Below are positions 30,597-40,605 of a stretch of 64,000 nt of DNA, in pieces. The position numbers and the translations under genes are program-made. How positions within the stretch are numbered: the first letter of the stretch is position 1; the number at the start of each line of letters is the position of its first letter. The notes beneath the pieces were generated by a model, which was not told where the DNA came from, did no database searches, and saw only the letters and a list, made by a program, of their open reading frames with translations. Origin of the DNA: Candidatus Krumholzibacteriia bacterium (GTDB taxonomy: Bacteria > Krumholzibacteriota > Krumholzibacteriia > Krumholzibacteriales > Krumholzibacteriaceae); the NCBI GenBank assembly GCA_963836185.1, contig CAWIIQ010000003.1, positions 192,001 to 256,000 of the forward strand. Direction: 5' to 3'.

Positions 30597-31490
30597 CTAT
30601 GCCGGCGGGTTCTTTACCTCGAGGCCGTAATCGGTCAGCGCGGCCGCGAGCTTGACGAGATTGCCAGGGAGCATCCTGACAAGCGGCAGGCGGACGTTAC
30701 CTACGCCCATGCCGAGCATGTTCATCGCTTCCTTGACCGGCATCGGATTCGTCTCTATGAACATCGACTGGTTGAAGGGGAGGAGCTTGTAGTGCAGCTC
30801 GCGGGCCTTGTCGTGGTCCCCCTTCTCGAACGCCGATATCATCGCGCGTATATCCTTCGGGATGATGTTCCCCGAGACGCTTACGACACCCGTTCCGCCG
30901 ATCGTCAGGATCGGGTAGGTTATCGCATCGTCGCCCGACAGGAGGTTTATTCTTCCTTCGCAGAGCATGATGATCTCGGCCATCTGCTCTACCGAACCGC
31001 TCGCCTCTTTCACCGCCACGATAAGGTCGTGGTGCGAGAGCCTGGCTACGGTGGCCGGCTGCATGTTAAGGCCGGTCCTCCCGGGTACGTTATAGAGCAT
31101 CAGCGGAAGCTGGCCGTCGTCGGCGAGCTTCATGAAGTGCGCGTACAGCCCTTCCTGCGTCGGCTTGTTGTAGTAAGGGGTCACTACCATGGCGCCGTCC
31201 GCACCGAGTTCCTTGGCCTTCTGTATGTTCTCGATCGATTTTGTCGTCGAATTGGTGCCGCATCCGGCTACGACCTTGAGCTTTCCCGCCGCTTCCTCGA
31301 CGACGATCTCGATGATCCTGAAGTGCTCCTGCCAGGTATACGTGGGATTCTCGCTGGTGGTAGCGCAGGGGACCAGCCCATCGGTGCCGGCATCGATATG
31401 GAACCGGACCAGCTCGCGGAGCTTCTCTTCGTTCAGGTCTCCGTTCTCTTTAAATGGCGTAACGAGAGCAACATACAGACCTTTGAGCAT
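30597..31490 (-). CDS. dapA: 4-hydroxy-tetrahydrodipicolinate synthase
   Basis: ALVTPF, ATTSE, PYYNKP, YNVPGRT, VKEASG, LSGDD and ETNPMPVK motifs. Confidence 0.94.
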   Translation of the reverse strand: MLKGLYVALVTPFKENGDLNEEKLRELVRFHIDAGTDGLVPCATTSENPTYTWQEHFRIIEIVVEEAAGKLKVVAGCGTNSTTKSIENIQKAKELGADGAMVVTPYYNKPTQEGLYAHFMKLADDGQLPLMLYNVPGRTGLNMQPATVARLSHHDLIVAVKEASGSVEQMAEIIMLCEGRINLLSGDDAITYPILTIGGTGVVSVSGNIIPKDIRAMISAFEKGDHDKARELHYKLLPFNQSMFIETNPMPVKEAMNMLGMGVGNVRLPLVRMLPGNLVKLAAALTDYGLEVKNPPA

Positions 31491-31654
31491 AACACCCTCC
31501 TCCTTCATTCACAGCCCTGTCCGTGCAGTCGCGGACGCCCTCAAGCGGCTTTTCACCGCTCTCGGGCAAGACAGACTCTATTCCCACTCCAGTGGCGATG
31601 TCAAGATTAAGAGGAAGATATCCGACATAAAATGCCGCCGCTCGAAATTTCCTC

Positions 31655-31688
31655 TTGACAATAACCTAATATTATGATATCATGATAT
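31655..31688 (+). promoter_or_regulatory. Sigma70 promoter overlapped by a palindromic operator
   Basis: TTGACA-17-TATCAT; near-perfect 20-bp palindrome ATATTATGAT/ATCATGATAT at 31669-31688. Confidence 0.7.
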
Positions 31689-31692
31689 CGTT

Positions 31693-32030
31693 ATGAGAGA
31701 GATAATGAAAGAAACGAAGGGAGCGGCGGTGTCGCCGGGACCGCTCAGGGAAGACGAGATCGAGAAGTCGGCCGAGATCCTCAAAGCTCTGGCCAACCCA
31801 GCGAGGCTTCGGCTCGTCAATATCCTTGTCGGTGGCGAAAGGACCGTTTCCCAGCTCTGCGAGATTTCCGGCCTGAAGCAGTCATGGTATCACAGCAGTT
31901 GAAAAATTTGAGGCTTAACGATATCGTAGAGCGCAGAAAAGAAGTTTCGAGGGTCTATTACAGGCTCAAGGAAAAGAACGTTGTAAACATGCTGAACTGC
32001 CTCGGCAGATGCGGGTGTTCCGGCATCTGA
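31693..32030 (+). CDS. ArsR/SmtB family regulator (frameshift near 31885)
   Basis: LKALANPARLRLV..GERTVSQL continues in another frame as VSQQLKILR..RVYYRL..NCLGRCGCSGI*. Confidence 0.85.
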
Positions 32031-32045
32031 CGGCAAGGAGGAGAA

Positions 32046-32372
32046 ATGAGCGACAAGGTACTTCATGTGGGCGAAGATGAATTCCAGGCACAGGTGCTCG
32101 ACTCGGCTGTTCCGGTAGTAGTGGATTTCTGGGCGCCGTGGTGCGGCCCCTGCCAGATGATCGGACCGATCATCGATGAGCTGGCCGGCGAGTATGAAGG
32201 AAAGGTCTCTTTCGCCAAGGTCAACACGGACGACGCGAAAAGCATCGCTATCAAGTACGGCATCATGGGGATCCCGACGCTCAAGATATTCAAGGGCGGC
32301 GAGGAAGTAGCTTCCGTGTCGGGTGCGCTTCCGAAGGAACATCTCAAGCAGTGGATCGACGAGGCCGTATAG
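32046..32372 (+). CDS. trxA: Thioredoxin
   Basis: VDFWAPWCGPC and GIPTL motifs. Confidence 0.96.
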   Translation: MSDKVLHVGEDEFQAQVLDSAVPVVVDFWAPWCGPCQMIGPIIDELAGEYEGKVSFAKVNTDDAKSIAIKYGIMGIPTLKIFKGGEEVASVSGALPKEHLKQWIDEAV

Positions 32373-32524
32373 CGGCACTAATAAAGAAAAGCAGGCAGAC
32401 GGCGGGCCGCTGAAGATGTATGTTTTTGCATCGGGCGGCCCGTCTGCTATATACTCCACCTGCGCGAAGAGACCTCGCGCGGGGATACGATAAATACTAG
32501 ATGGAAAGAGAAGGAGACCGGTTG

Positions 32525-33951
32525 ATGAAGATCAAAGGATGGATAGCTCGCGGCGGCGCTGGCGGCCCTGGTCGCGGCGGGATGCTCGCGGCAGGCCGAC
32601 ATAGGAGGCAAGGGGCTGGTCCGGCTCGATGAGAGGGTCTATGCCCTGATAGCGTACGGGCCCGCGTCGGCTGAGGGCCTCGGCGCGAACTCGGGTTTTA
32701 TCGTGGGGGATGAGTCGGTCCTCGTGGTCGATTCGAGATTCACCTACAACCACGCGAGGCAGCTGCTCAAGGCGGTCCGTTCCGTCACCGACCTTCCCGT
32801 CAGGTATCTCGTCAACACGCACTATCATCCCGATCACGTCTGGGGCAACTCGATCTTCCGTGCCGAAGGAGCGATCATTCTCGCCAGGCCGGAGACGAGT
32901 ATCGAGATGGAGAGGTACAGCCCGGTCTATATGGATTATTACAGGGGCCGAAAGCCCGATGTCTACGAGATGATCAAGGAAGTCGAGCCCGCCCTTCCCG
33001 ACTCGTTCGTTACCGATGAGCTCCGTCTCGATCTCGGGGCGATAGAAGCGGTCGTCAGCTTTCTCGGGACCGGCGCATACGGCAGGCGATCTCGTCGTCT
33101 CTGTCCCGTCGAAAAGGATCGTTTTCACCGGAGGACTGGTCAGCAACGGGTATCATCCGAACATGGGCGACCAGGGCGCGGATTTCGTCGAACTGGCTCG
33201 TCATGCTCGACAGGCTCGGCGACAGCGCAGCCGAAGATCGTTGTCCCCGGGCAGGGGCCGGCCGGAGATGCCGGTATGATCGAAATTCAGAAAAGTTATC
33301 TCGTGGACCTGACCGCCTTGACGGTCGATGCGATGAGAAGGGGGCGCCCCCTTTCCCGGGCGATCACTCGAGATCAAGATCCCCGGGACAGAGGGATATC
33401 TGCAGGACAACCTTCTTCCCTTCAATATCCAGGCAATATACCGTACGAAGGCTCTCGAAACGGTCTCACCCCGCGTCGAGATGGATATCCCCGCCGTGAT
33501 GGCTGTAAGCGATGCCTACGGGGGACCCGATGCCGGCATGGTCCAGTGGGTCGTGCAGTCGGACGAAGGATATCTCGAGCTTGAGATGAGCTGGCAGCCG
33601 ACGAGCAGGAACGAGGTGATCCTCGAGGACATCCACGACAGGATAGCCCGGTATGAGGGATCCAGTGACGGGCTGTACAAGCTTACCCTGGAAGGCTCGA
33701 AGAAGCTGATAGTGGGAGAAGATACCGCTCCGGCGGCATACGGCAAGTGGGCATATCGGAAGGGTATGGGGGCGAGCGGCGGTGGAGCCTGGTCGTGGAC
33801 GATGATCCTGATGGACGGGAAGAGCTACTCTTTCAGGATGCTCACAAATACGGGGGGCGACTCCGGGCTGGAAGAACGGAACATCGCCGCCCTGGAACAG
33901 ATCATCTCGATGGTCAGGAAAAAGCAGGGCGTCACGCGCCGTACTTCTTGA
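32525..33951 (+). CDS. MBL-fold metallo-hydrolase, probable lipoprotein, with extra C-terminal domain (several frameshifts)
   Basis: ANSGFI, NTHYHPDHVWGN, FTGGL and VVPGQG pieces across frames; VAAGC lipobox-like segment; C-terminal part is ORF 33481-33951. Confidence 0.7.
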
Positions 33952-35141
33952 GCCTGCCCGCGTTTGCCAGCGCCAGCGTCATGATGTCTACGGCCGGGAA
34001 TATTCCCAGCCCTCCCCGGTCGCATTCAGCTTCGCTGAAGGCTGCCGCGCCGTCTATGCCGCAGAATTCCGACTTCAGGACAAACGGCAACGGGATGCCA
34101 CGAGTGGCTCTTCATCGCGCATGGAGTGGAGTGGTCGCCCGTGACGATCAGCACGTCTGGCTCGAGGCCGAGCAGGACCGGCAGGCAGGCGTCGACCTCC
34201 TCGATGACCCCCTTCTTTCCCTCCAGGTTGCCGTCCTCTCCGTAAGAGTCGGTCTTCTTTATATGGATGAAGATGAAATCATGTTCTCCGCGGCGGAAGA
34301 TCTCCGAGGCCGTCTCGAACTCCTCCTTGACAGAGAACCCGGTATCGGCCAGCTCCATCCCGCAGAGCTTTGCCACGCCTCTATAAAGCGGGTAAGCGGC
34401 GACGGCGGCGCCCGAAAGCCCGTACCTCTCTGAAAAGGGCTCGATGGCCGGTTTGCTCGATATCCCTCTCATCAGGACAGCGTTGGCTTTTTCTTCGTCG
34501 GCGAGGACCTCTCCGGCCATCTCGACAAAACGGGCGATGATCGCGGCCGTTCTCTCCGCGGCGGGAACCATGGCAACCGGCGGCAGGGGTTTTTTGCCCG
34601 TCACCTGGGGGTCGGTCTCCTCGACCTCGGGGGAGAGGCCCTCTCCCCTGAGGACAACGCCGAACCTGTATTCCCGAACCGGCATGACGATTACCTCGAT
34701 GCCGTCGATCTCCCTGATCCTTTCGCCGAGCTTCGCGCAGATCCTCATCCCTTCCTCGTGCGGGATCCTTCCGGCCCGCCGGTCGGTCAGAACGCCTTCG
34801 GCATCGACCGTCGCGAAGTTGCCCCTGATGGCCACATCGCCCGGGAGGAGATCGTACCCTGTACCCGTGACTTCGACGACTCCCCTGCCCGCGTCATTTT
34901 CAGGCGCCAGCGGATCATATCCGAACAGCGAGAAATGAGCAGGTCCGCTTCCCGGCGTTATCCCCCTCGCTATCGGAAGGGATCTGCCGCATATGCCGCC
35001 GGCGGCGACTGCGTCGAGGTTGGGAGTGACAGCTTCGTCGAGTGCGGTCCCGGGCATGGACGGCGTGCGTATCCCGCCGAGGCCGTCCATCACGAGGAGG
35101 ATTATCTTCGAGTCGTTCGCGCTGATCAGATGGCGGAGCAT
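33932..35141 (-). CDS. apgM: 2,3-bisphosphoglycerate-independent phosphoglycerate mutase, ApgM type (frameshift near 34085)
   Basis: MDGLGG, PGSGPAH, DRRAGRI, HIKKTD and TGDHSTP..HSWHP motifs; ends LANAGRLKKYGA* in the shifted frame. Confidence 0.9.
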
Positions 35142-35296
35142 ATCGGTTCTCCTTTTCGTTAGTGTTCCAGATTACAGCCGCCTGCCGCCCATGTCAACCG
35201 GCCGATGCGGCCGGCCCTCCTCAATCGGTTTGGGAATGAGGCGGAACAATGTTACAATACGAGGGTAGAGGATATTCTGACGTAACAGATGGAGGA

Positions 35297-36814
35297 ATGA
35301 TGATATCGACAAGGATTAGGGCCTGGTTGTCAGCGGGTGTGCTCATCGCGCTGGCAGTTGCGGCGGGGTGTGGGCAGAGATCCTCCGTCGTGCTCGAGAA
35401 GCCGCTGCGAAAAGTGGTCAAGACCGAGAGCAATTCGCAGACACTGATGGCCTGGGCGGAAGCGGGAGTAAGAGCAGATGTGCTCATCCATATTGACGGC
35501 ACCGATGACCTGGCCATCTTCCCGACAGCGCTCCACGAAACGATAGAGAATACGGCCGATCACCTCGAGAGGAAAAACGCCGAGGTCGTCTACAGGATCG
35601 CGACGATCATCGAGAAGGGCGGCACGGTAAATATCGGCATGAAGGCCGGGATGTACGACAGGGTCATCTGGGTCCTTCCATCTCCCGCCTCCGTGACCGA
35701 TCTTTCACTCGAGAACTTCAAACAGGTGCTGATGACAACGCGCGGATATCCCGCACAGGAGCTGGCCGACTTCGCCATATCGGGCAGGCATATCACCGGA
35801 ACGATCGCCGGGGTGCCGCTGACGATAACTAACATCGAGGATCTCGAAATAAACGACGAGACAGCGCTGCTCGATATCGATCTCGCGTATTTTACAGGGC
35901 TCCAGGCAGCATCGGCCGAATATAGACCGGGCACGGCGGCCCTGCTCGATTTTCTCAGGGTCCTGAAGAGCAAGAGAGTCTCCGCGGTCATGGCCACTGT
36001 CAACCGCACGGCAGGGTTCCAGCCGGTGCCGCTCGATATCAGGTATTTTGCCACTGTCATAGAGGAGACGCTTGCCGACCCCTCTCTTCTGGAAAACGCG
36101 TTTTCGGGGAAGTACGGCATGATGATGGAGGCGGAGAAGTCACTCACTGAAGGAGACTTCAGCAAGGCGGCCGCTCTGTACACGGGACTGACTGGAAGCT
36201 ATCCCGATGATGCGGGGCTGCACTTCTCGCATGCGGTAGCTCTCGGGTTCCTCGACAAGGGTACAGAGTGCCGCGAAGCGATGGTCAAGGCTTACGGTAT
36301 CGACGCCGTCTACCTGAAGGGCTTCTTCCAGCTTGCCAGGGTCCTCGGGGCAGGTGGCCGTATAAGCGCCGGAGAAACGCTGCTTGATACAGCCGACCTG
36401 TACAAGACCCTTTCCACGGAAGACATGAAATATCAGAGGGCGCTCTTTTACATGCAGGCGGGCCTGCCCGACAAGGCTTCGCAGTTACTGGCCGAGGTGG
36501 CGCAGACCAGGCCCAAAGATTTCGCCGTCAGGACGGTCCTTTACCGCGCGTACGAGGAACTCGGGAATACGCAGGAGATGTATCGCGTCCTTGAAAATCT
36601 CTTCAGGCTCGACAGGGAAAGGTTAGTGCGCGACATGCCCTGGGCCTTGAAAAAACTCGGTGATCTGGCGAGGGACGTCCGCACCGATCTGGTCGCGGCA
36701 TCCTGGTATGCGAGGTATCTCGTGCACGTCCCCGATGATCCCGATGCCGGGATGATGCGCGAGTTTATCGAAGAGCAGGGGTATGTCAACCCGCGCACGT
36801 CAAACGTCGAATAG
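35297..36814 (+). CDS. Lipoprotein with UPF0489/arginase-like N-terminal domain and TPR C-terminus
   Basis: Lipobox VAAGC; LIHIDGTDDL and LLDIDLAYF motifs; TPR-like helices. Confidence 0.6.
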   Translation: MMISTRIRAWLSAGVLIALAVAAGCGQRSSVVLEKPLRKVVKTESNSQTLMAWAEAGVRADVLIHIDGTDDLAIFPTALHETIENTADHLERKNAEVVYRIATIIEKGGTVNIGMKAGMYDRVIWVLPSPASVTDLSLENFKQVLMTTRGYPAQELADFAISGRHITGTIAGVPLTITNIEDLEINDETALLDIDLAYFTGLQAASAEYRPGTAALLDFLRVLKSKRVSAVMATVNRTAGFQPVPLDIRYFATVIEETLADPSLLENAFSGKYGMMMEAEKSLTEGDFSKAAALYTGLTGSYPDDAGLHFSHAVALGFLDKGTECREAMVKAYGIDAVYLKGFFQLARVLGAGGRISAGETLLDTADLYKTLSTEDMKYQRALFYMQAGLPDKASQLLAEVAQTRPKDFAVRTVLYRAYEELGNTQEMYRVLENLFRLDRERLVRDMPWALKKLGDLARDVRTDLVAASWYARYLVHVPDDPDAGMMREFIEEQGYVNPRTSNVE

Positions 36815-36848
36815 CTCCCCGCGCGGGCGGCACAGACATCATACTTAC

Positions 36849-36873
36849 AGGGCGGCCGCCGGCCGCCCTTTTT
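36849..36873 (+). terminator. Intrinsic terminator
   Basis: AGGGCGGCC-GCC-GGCCGCCCT followed by TTTT. Confidence 0.75.
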
Positions 36874-37052
36874 ATCATAAAGATGTAACAATACAGCGCT
36901 GGCCGCCGTATTTGAAGATAGATGGCGGCATAAGGAACAGGAACGTCCCGGTCTTGCCGAGCATAAAAGATATTGAGGGGGCGCGTTGTTCAGTTGAAAG
37001 CTGACTGAATACCCGGAACGCTCAGCCCAGCGCGCGCCCCCTCATTTTCATG

Positions 37053-38033
37053 TCAGGACCTGCCCCGCAGCGCTTCGAGAATACTTTCCACAAGGCCGTC
37101 CTCGAGCGCCTCGTTGAGCCGCGAGAGTGAGATCCGCAGATCGTCCCCCTCACGGACCCTTATTTCCACACTGAAGCAGTTTCCCTCGAGGTTTTCAGGG
37201 AAGTGCACGGATGCCGCCGGCGGGAGCTCGATCTCCGAGACTGTGCGCTTCAGGAACGAGATGTCGTCATTCATCCTGGGGTGAGTGATGCTTCTGACAG
37301 CTTCGTCGAGCGGCGCCTCCTGCGGATCGTACTCCTCTGCGAACCGTGCGAAGAGATCCCGGCCGTTGTCAGCCATGCTGAGCATTCCCCGGACAGCTTC
37401 GCGCCTGCCGCTCCTGCTCAGGCCGCTTCCGGCGAGCATGCGGGCGGCATCCTCGAGATCGATCCCCGGGTGAACGCCGAGCTGGAGCAGGTCGCCGGGA
37501 GATACCCTGCCCTCGTGAATGGCCAGCCTTACATCCGCGTCAAGCCGGGAGAGGCCGGCGAGTCTGTCGAGGAAGTCCGGCGTGATCTTCCTGCCGAACA
37601 ACCGGGAGAGGAGCGGGAGGGACTCCGCGATCCGGTCGCCAGCGATGGCTAGTGTCTTCGATGCGAGGATCAGCTTCTCCATCTCCGACAGGGGATGGCC
37701 GTGGGGTGAGGATTCGAGCCAGACTGGAAGGGCCGCGAAGCGGCCTTCAGCCCGGGTGTCGATCACGAGCGCCCTGATCTTCCCGAGGCCGGCCGCACGC
37801 GCCGCCGCTATCCTTCTGAATCCCGAGACGACATCGAGTGAATTCCCTGTCCCGGCGAGGACCGGAGGCGAGATCATCCCGAGCCGTGTGATCGATTCTG
37901 TCAGTGCGGCATCCGGGGCGGCGCTGCCTTCCTCGCCAGGAAGCGTCCACCTGAACCTGAAGGGCGCATCCGGGCCGAGCTCGAGGGCGCAGATATCTGA
38001 AGGCATGTATTCCATTTCGAAGGGCTTTGTCAT
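37053..38033 (-). CDS. ParB/Srx N-terminal domain protein
   Basis: LTESITRLGMISPP..VVSGFRRIAA ParB/Srx signature. Confidence 0.7.
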   Translation of the reverse strand: MTKPFEMEYMPSDICALELGPDAPFRFRWTLPGEEGSAAPDAALTESITRLGMISPPVLAGTGNSLDVVSGFRRIAAARAAGLGKIRALVIDTRAEGRFAALPVWLESSPHGHPLSEMEKLILASKTLAIAGDRIAESLPLLSRLFGRKITPDFLDRLAGLSRLDADVRLAIHEGRVSPGDLLQLGVHPGIDLEDAARMLAGSGLSRSGRREAVRGMLSMADNGRDLFARFAEEYDPQEAPLDEAVRSITHPRMNDDISFLKRTVSEIELPPAASVHFPENLEGNCFSVEIRVREGDDLRISLSRLNEALEDGLVESILEALRGRS

Positions 38034-38681
38034 TCAGCGCTCTCCATTTCCGACGAAGGGGCAGAGGGCAGAGATCCCGCATTCGCCGCAGCGTGGCTTC
38101 GGCGCTTTGCAGACTGTCCGTCCGTGGTTCTTCAGGTAGAAGGGGAGCCATTTCCATTCGGATGGGGCGAAAAGGGCCATGAGGTCACGCTCGATCTTCA
38201 CGGGGTTTTTCTCGCCGGTCCAGCCGAGCCTCCCTGCGACCCTGATCACGTGTGTATCGACTACGATCCCTTCCGTCTTCGAGAATCCATGCTGAAGGAT
38301 GGCATTGGCCGACTTTCTCGCTATGCCGGGAAGCCCGGTGAGGCTGTCCATCTCTCCGGGGACCTTGCCGCCGTACTTTCCGGCAATGATCTCGCTCGCG
38401 CCCTTTATCGATTTCGCCTTGTTTCTGAAGAAGCCCGTCGGCCTCACCGCCTCCTCGATATCCTCCAGGGGAGCGGCCGCGAAGGCCGCGGCGTCGGGGT
38501 ATTTCCCGAAGAGAGCGGGTGTGGTAAGGTTGACCCTCTCGTCCGTGCACTGAGCCGAGAGGATAGTAGCGACGAGAAGCTGGAACGGTCCATCGAACTC
38601 GAGATAATGCCTGGGCTCCGGATAGATCTTCTTAAGGCTGCCGAGCGCCTTTTCAGCAGCCTTTTCATTTCCTGATGCCAT
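38034..38681 (-). CDS. nth: Endonuclease III
   Basis: FQLLVATILSAQCTD, LPGIARKSAN (HhH), VDTHV and CKAPKPRCGECGISALC motifs. Confidence 0.95.
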   Translation of the reverse strand: MASGNEKAAEKALGSLKKIYPEPRHYLEFDGPFQLLVATILSAQCTDERVNLTTPALFGKYPDAAAFAAAPLEDIEEAVRPTGFFRNKAKSIKGASEIIAGKYGGKVPGEMDSLTGLPGIARKSANAILQHGFSKTEGIVVDTHVIRVAGRLGWTGEKNPVKIERDLMALFAPSEWKWLPFYLKNHGRTVCKAPKPRCGECGISALCPFVGNGER

Positions 38682-38860
38682 CTTTTCTCCATCGGGGGAT
38701 GCGCGTGTGATATTGCTGCCCGCATTGTATTGGAGGCCGGCCGGCATTTTCAATATCGAAGATGAATTAAAAAGGGCGAATCGGGCGGGGAGCGGTGTAT
38801 CACTGATTTGCACGCCGAGGATTGATTTTTAACCCTTTCGGCTTTATATTGACTGCCGAT

Positions 38861-39385
38861 ATGAGATTAAAGAGAGCAATAGCGCAGGCTGCGGCACTTA
38901 TCCTTTTGGGGACGGCTGCCGGGCTGATCAACAACAGTTTCTCGGTCAACGGGATCGATCCGTTCCGCAGTCTCGATGATATCCCTGTCTATGAGAACGG
39001 GGATACCCTGGCGACGGGATCGGATTCTCACGATCACGACGGTATCTGCTTCGTGTCGTTCGAGGAATTCCGCCGGATGATAGCCGCCGGATACCCGATC
39101 CTCGATTCGCGGACCGCCTCCGAGTACGAGGCCGGCCATATCCCGGGCGCGATCCTCTGTGACTATTTCGAGATGGGCCGCTATTTCGAGACCGTTCTGC
39201 CTCGCCTCGACATCGGTGGCAGGATCGGCGTCTACTGCACCGGCCCCGACTGCGACGATTCCGAGATGCTCGCGAAGGAGCTCTACACGCTGGGGTACAC
39301 GAAGCTCTGCGTCTTCAAGGGTGGTATCGAGAAATGGGAGGAAGCGGGGCTGGAGCTCGAGTACGGGCCGGAGGAGGAATGGTGA
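38861..39385 (+). CDS. Membrane-anchored rhodanese-like protein
   Basis: N-terminal TM helix; DSR..EYEAGHIPGA, YCTGPDC and GGIEKW motifs. Confidence 0.85.
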   Translation: MRLKRAIAQAAALILLGTAAGLINNSFSVNGIDPFRSLDDIPVYENGDTLATGSDSHDHDGICFVSFEEFRRMIAAGYPILDSRTASEYEAGHIPGAILCDYFEMGRYFETVLPRLDIGGRIGVYCTGPDCDDSEMLAKELYTLGYTKLCVFKGGIEKWEEAGLELEYGPEEEW

Positions 39386-39897
39386 TGGACCGGCAGGCCG
39401 ATACGGGACTCTTTTTCGAACTTTCCGCCGGTACGGGGCGCAGGCAGCTGCTTCTGCTCGCCTTTCGCATAATCCTTGCCGCCGTATTCATATATGCCGC
39501 CCTGCAGAAGATCGGCCGCCCCCTGATGTTTGCCGATGAGATCGAGATGTACAGGGTCATCGGTTACGGTCCCCTGCTTTACCTCGCGGCGATCATCCTC
39601 CCCTGGGTGGAGCTGTTGTGCGGATTCGCGCTGCTGACCGGGATCTTCATGAGAGGCGCCGCCCTGATACTCTCGGCGATGAACTTCGCTTTTATCATTG
39701 TCATCGCATACAGGACTGCTGGTATAATGTCCGCCGAAGGGACGCCGCTGAGCCAGGTCTACTTCGACTGCGGCTGCGGGTTCGGCGCCACCTACGCATG
39801 GAAGAAACTGATCGAGGACGCGATCCTGCTCGTGTTCTCGATTGTCATACTGTTTTCATCGTCTTACCGATTTGTCATCGGAAGAAAGAAGGGGTAG
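39379..39897 (+). CDS. MauE/DoxX family membrane protein
   Basis: RIILAAVFIYAALQKI, LPWVELLCG and DCGCG motifs. Confidence 0.85.
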   Translation: MVMDRQADTGLFFELSAGTGRRQLLLLAFRIILAAVFIYAALQKIGRPLMFADEIEMYRVIGYGPLLYLAAIILPWVELLCGFALLTGIFMRGAALILSAMNFAFIIVIAYRTAGIMSAEGTPLSQVYFDCGCGFGATYAWKKLIEDAILLVFSIVILFSSSYRFVIGRKKG

Positions 39898-39900
39898 GAA

Positions 39901-40410
39901 ATGAATATGAGGAAAGTGGTCCCGGCGGCGCTGATCGCTCTTTTATGTGTGTTCTCGATGGCTGCGGCCGTCTCGGCTCAGGATGATACGGCGGGCGCTA
40001 CAAAGCCCGCGTCGAGCTTCGAGCACGGCAAATTCGGCATCGGCGTGATCTTCGGAGAGCCGTCCGGCCTGAGCGCCAAGATGTGGACGACGAATACCAC
40101 CGGGTTCGATCTCGGGCTGGCCTGGTCGTTCTCGGGAGATGGGAATTTCCATATCCACGGCGACTATCTCTTCCACAACTTCGGCGTTTTCGACGTGAGC
40201 AAGGGATCGCTGCCGGTATATATCGGTATCGGCGGCAGGATACTCTTCCAGGATAACACGAAGGTAGGCATAAGGCTTCCGATCGGGCTCGAGTATTACT
40301 TTGCCGACTGGCCGCTCGCCGTCTTCGGCGAGATCGTACCGATCCTCGACCTCGCGCCAGACACGGAATTCGATATAAACGGCGGCATCGGCCTGCGGTT
40401 CTATTTCTAG
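39901..40410 (+). CDS. Small outer-membrane beta-barrel protein
   Basis: Signal peptide; GIGVIFGEPSGLSAK; C-terminal GGIGLRFYF. Confidence 0.8.
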   Translation: MNMRKVVPAALIALLCVFSMAAAVSAQDDTAGATKPASSFEHGKFGIGVIFGEPSGLSAKMWTTNTTGFDLGLAWSFSGDGNFHIHGDYLFHNFGVFDVSKGSLPVYIGIGGRILFQDNTKVGIRLPIGLEYYFADWPLAVFGEIVPILDLAPDTEFDINGGIGLRFYF

Positions 40411-40441
40411 GGACGGCAGCCATATGAACTGAGATTTCGAG

Positions 40442-40468
40442 GGCCCGGCCTGTTGAGCCGGGCCTTTT
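40442..40468 (+). terminator. Intrinsic terminator
   Basis: GGCCCGGC..GCCGGGCC followed by TTTT. Confidence 0.75.
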
Positions 40469-40605
40469 CATGAAATACTTGCCTGAGGCCCTGCATGTTT
40501 CATATTTTCCATAAAGTTGAATTATCTGCCGATAGCGAACGGCAGCGTCGGCACATTTGTCTGAAACGCGTTATTGCTCAGGAAGTTACGTCAGGAGGTC
40601 CCTGG

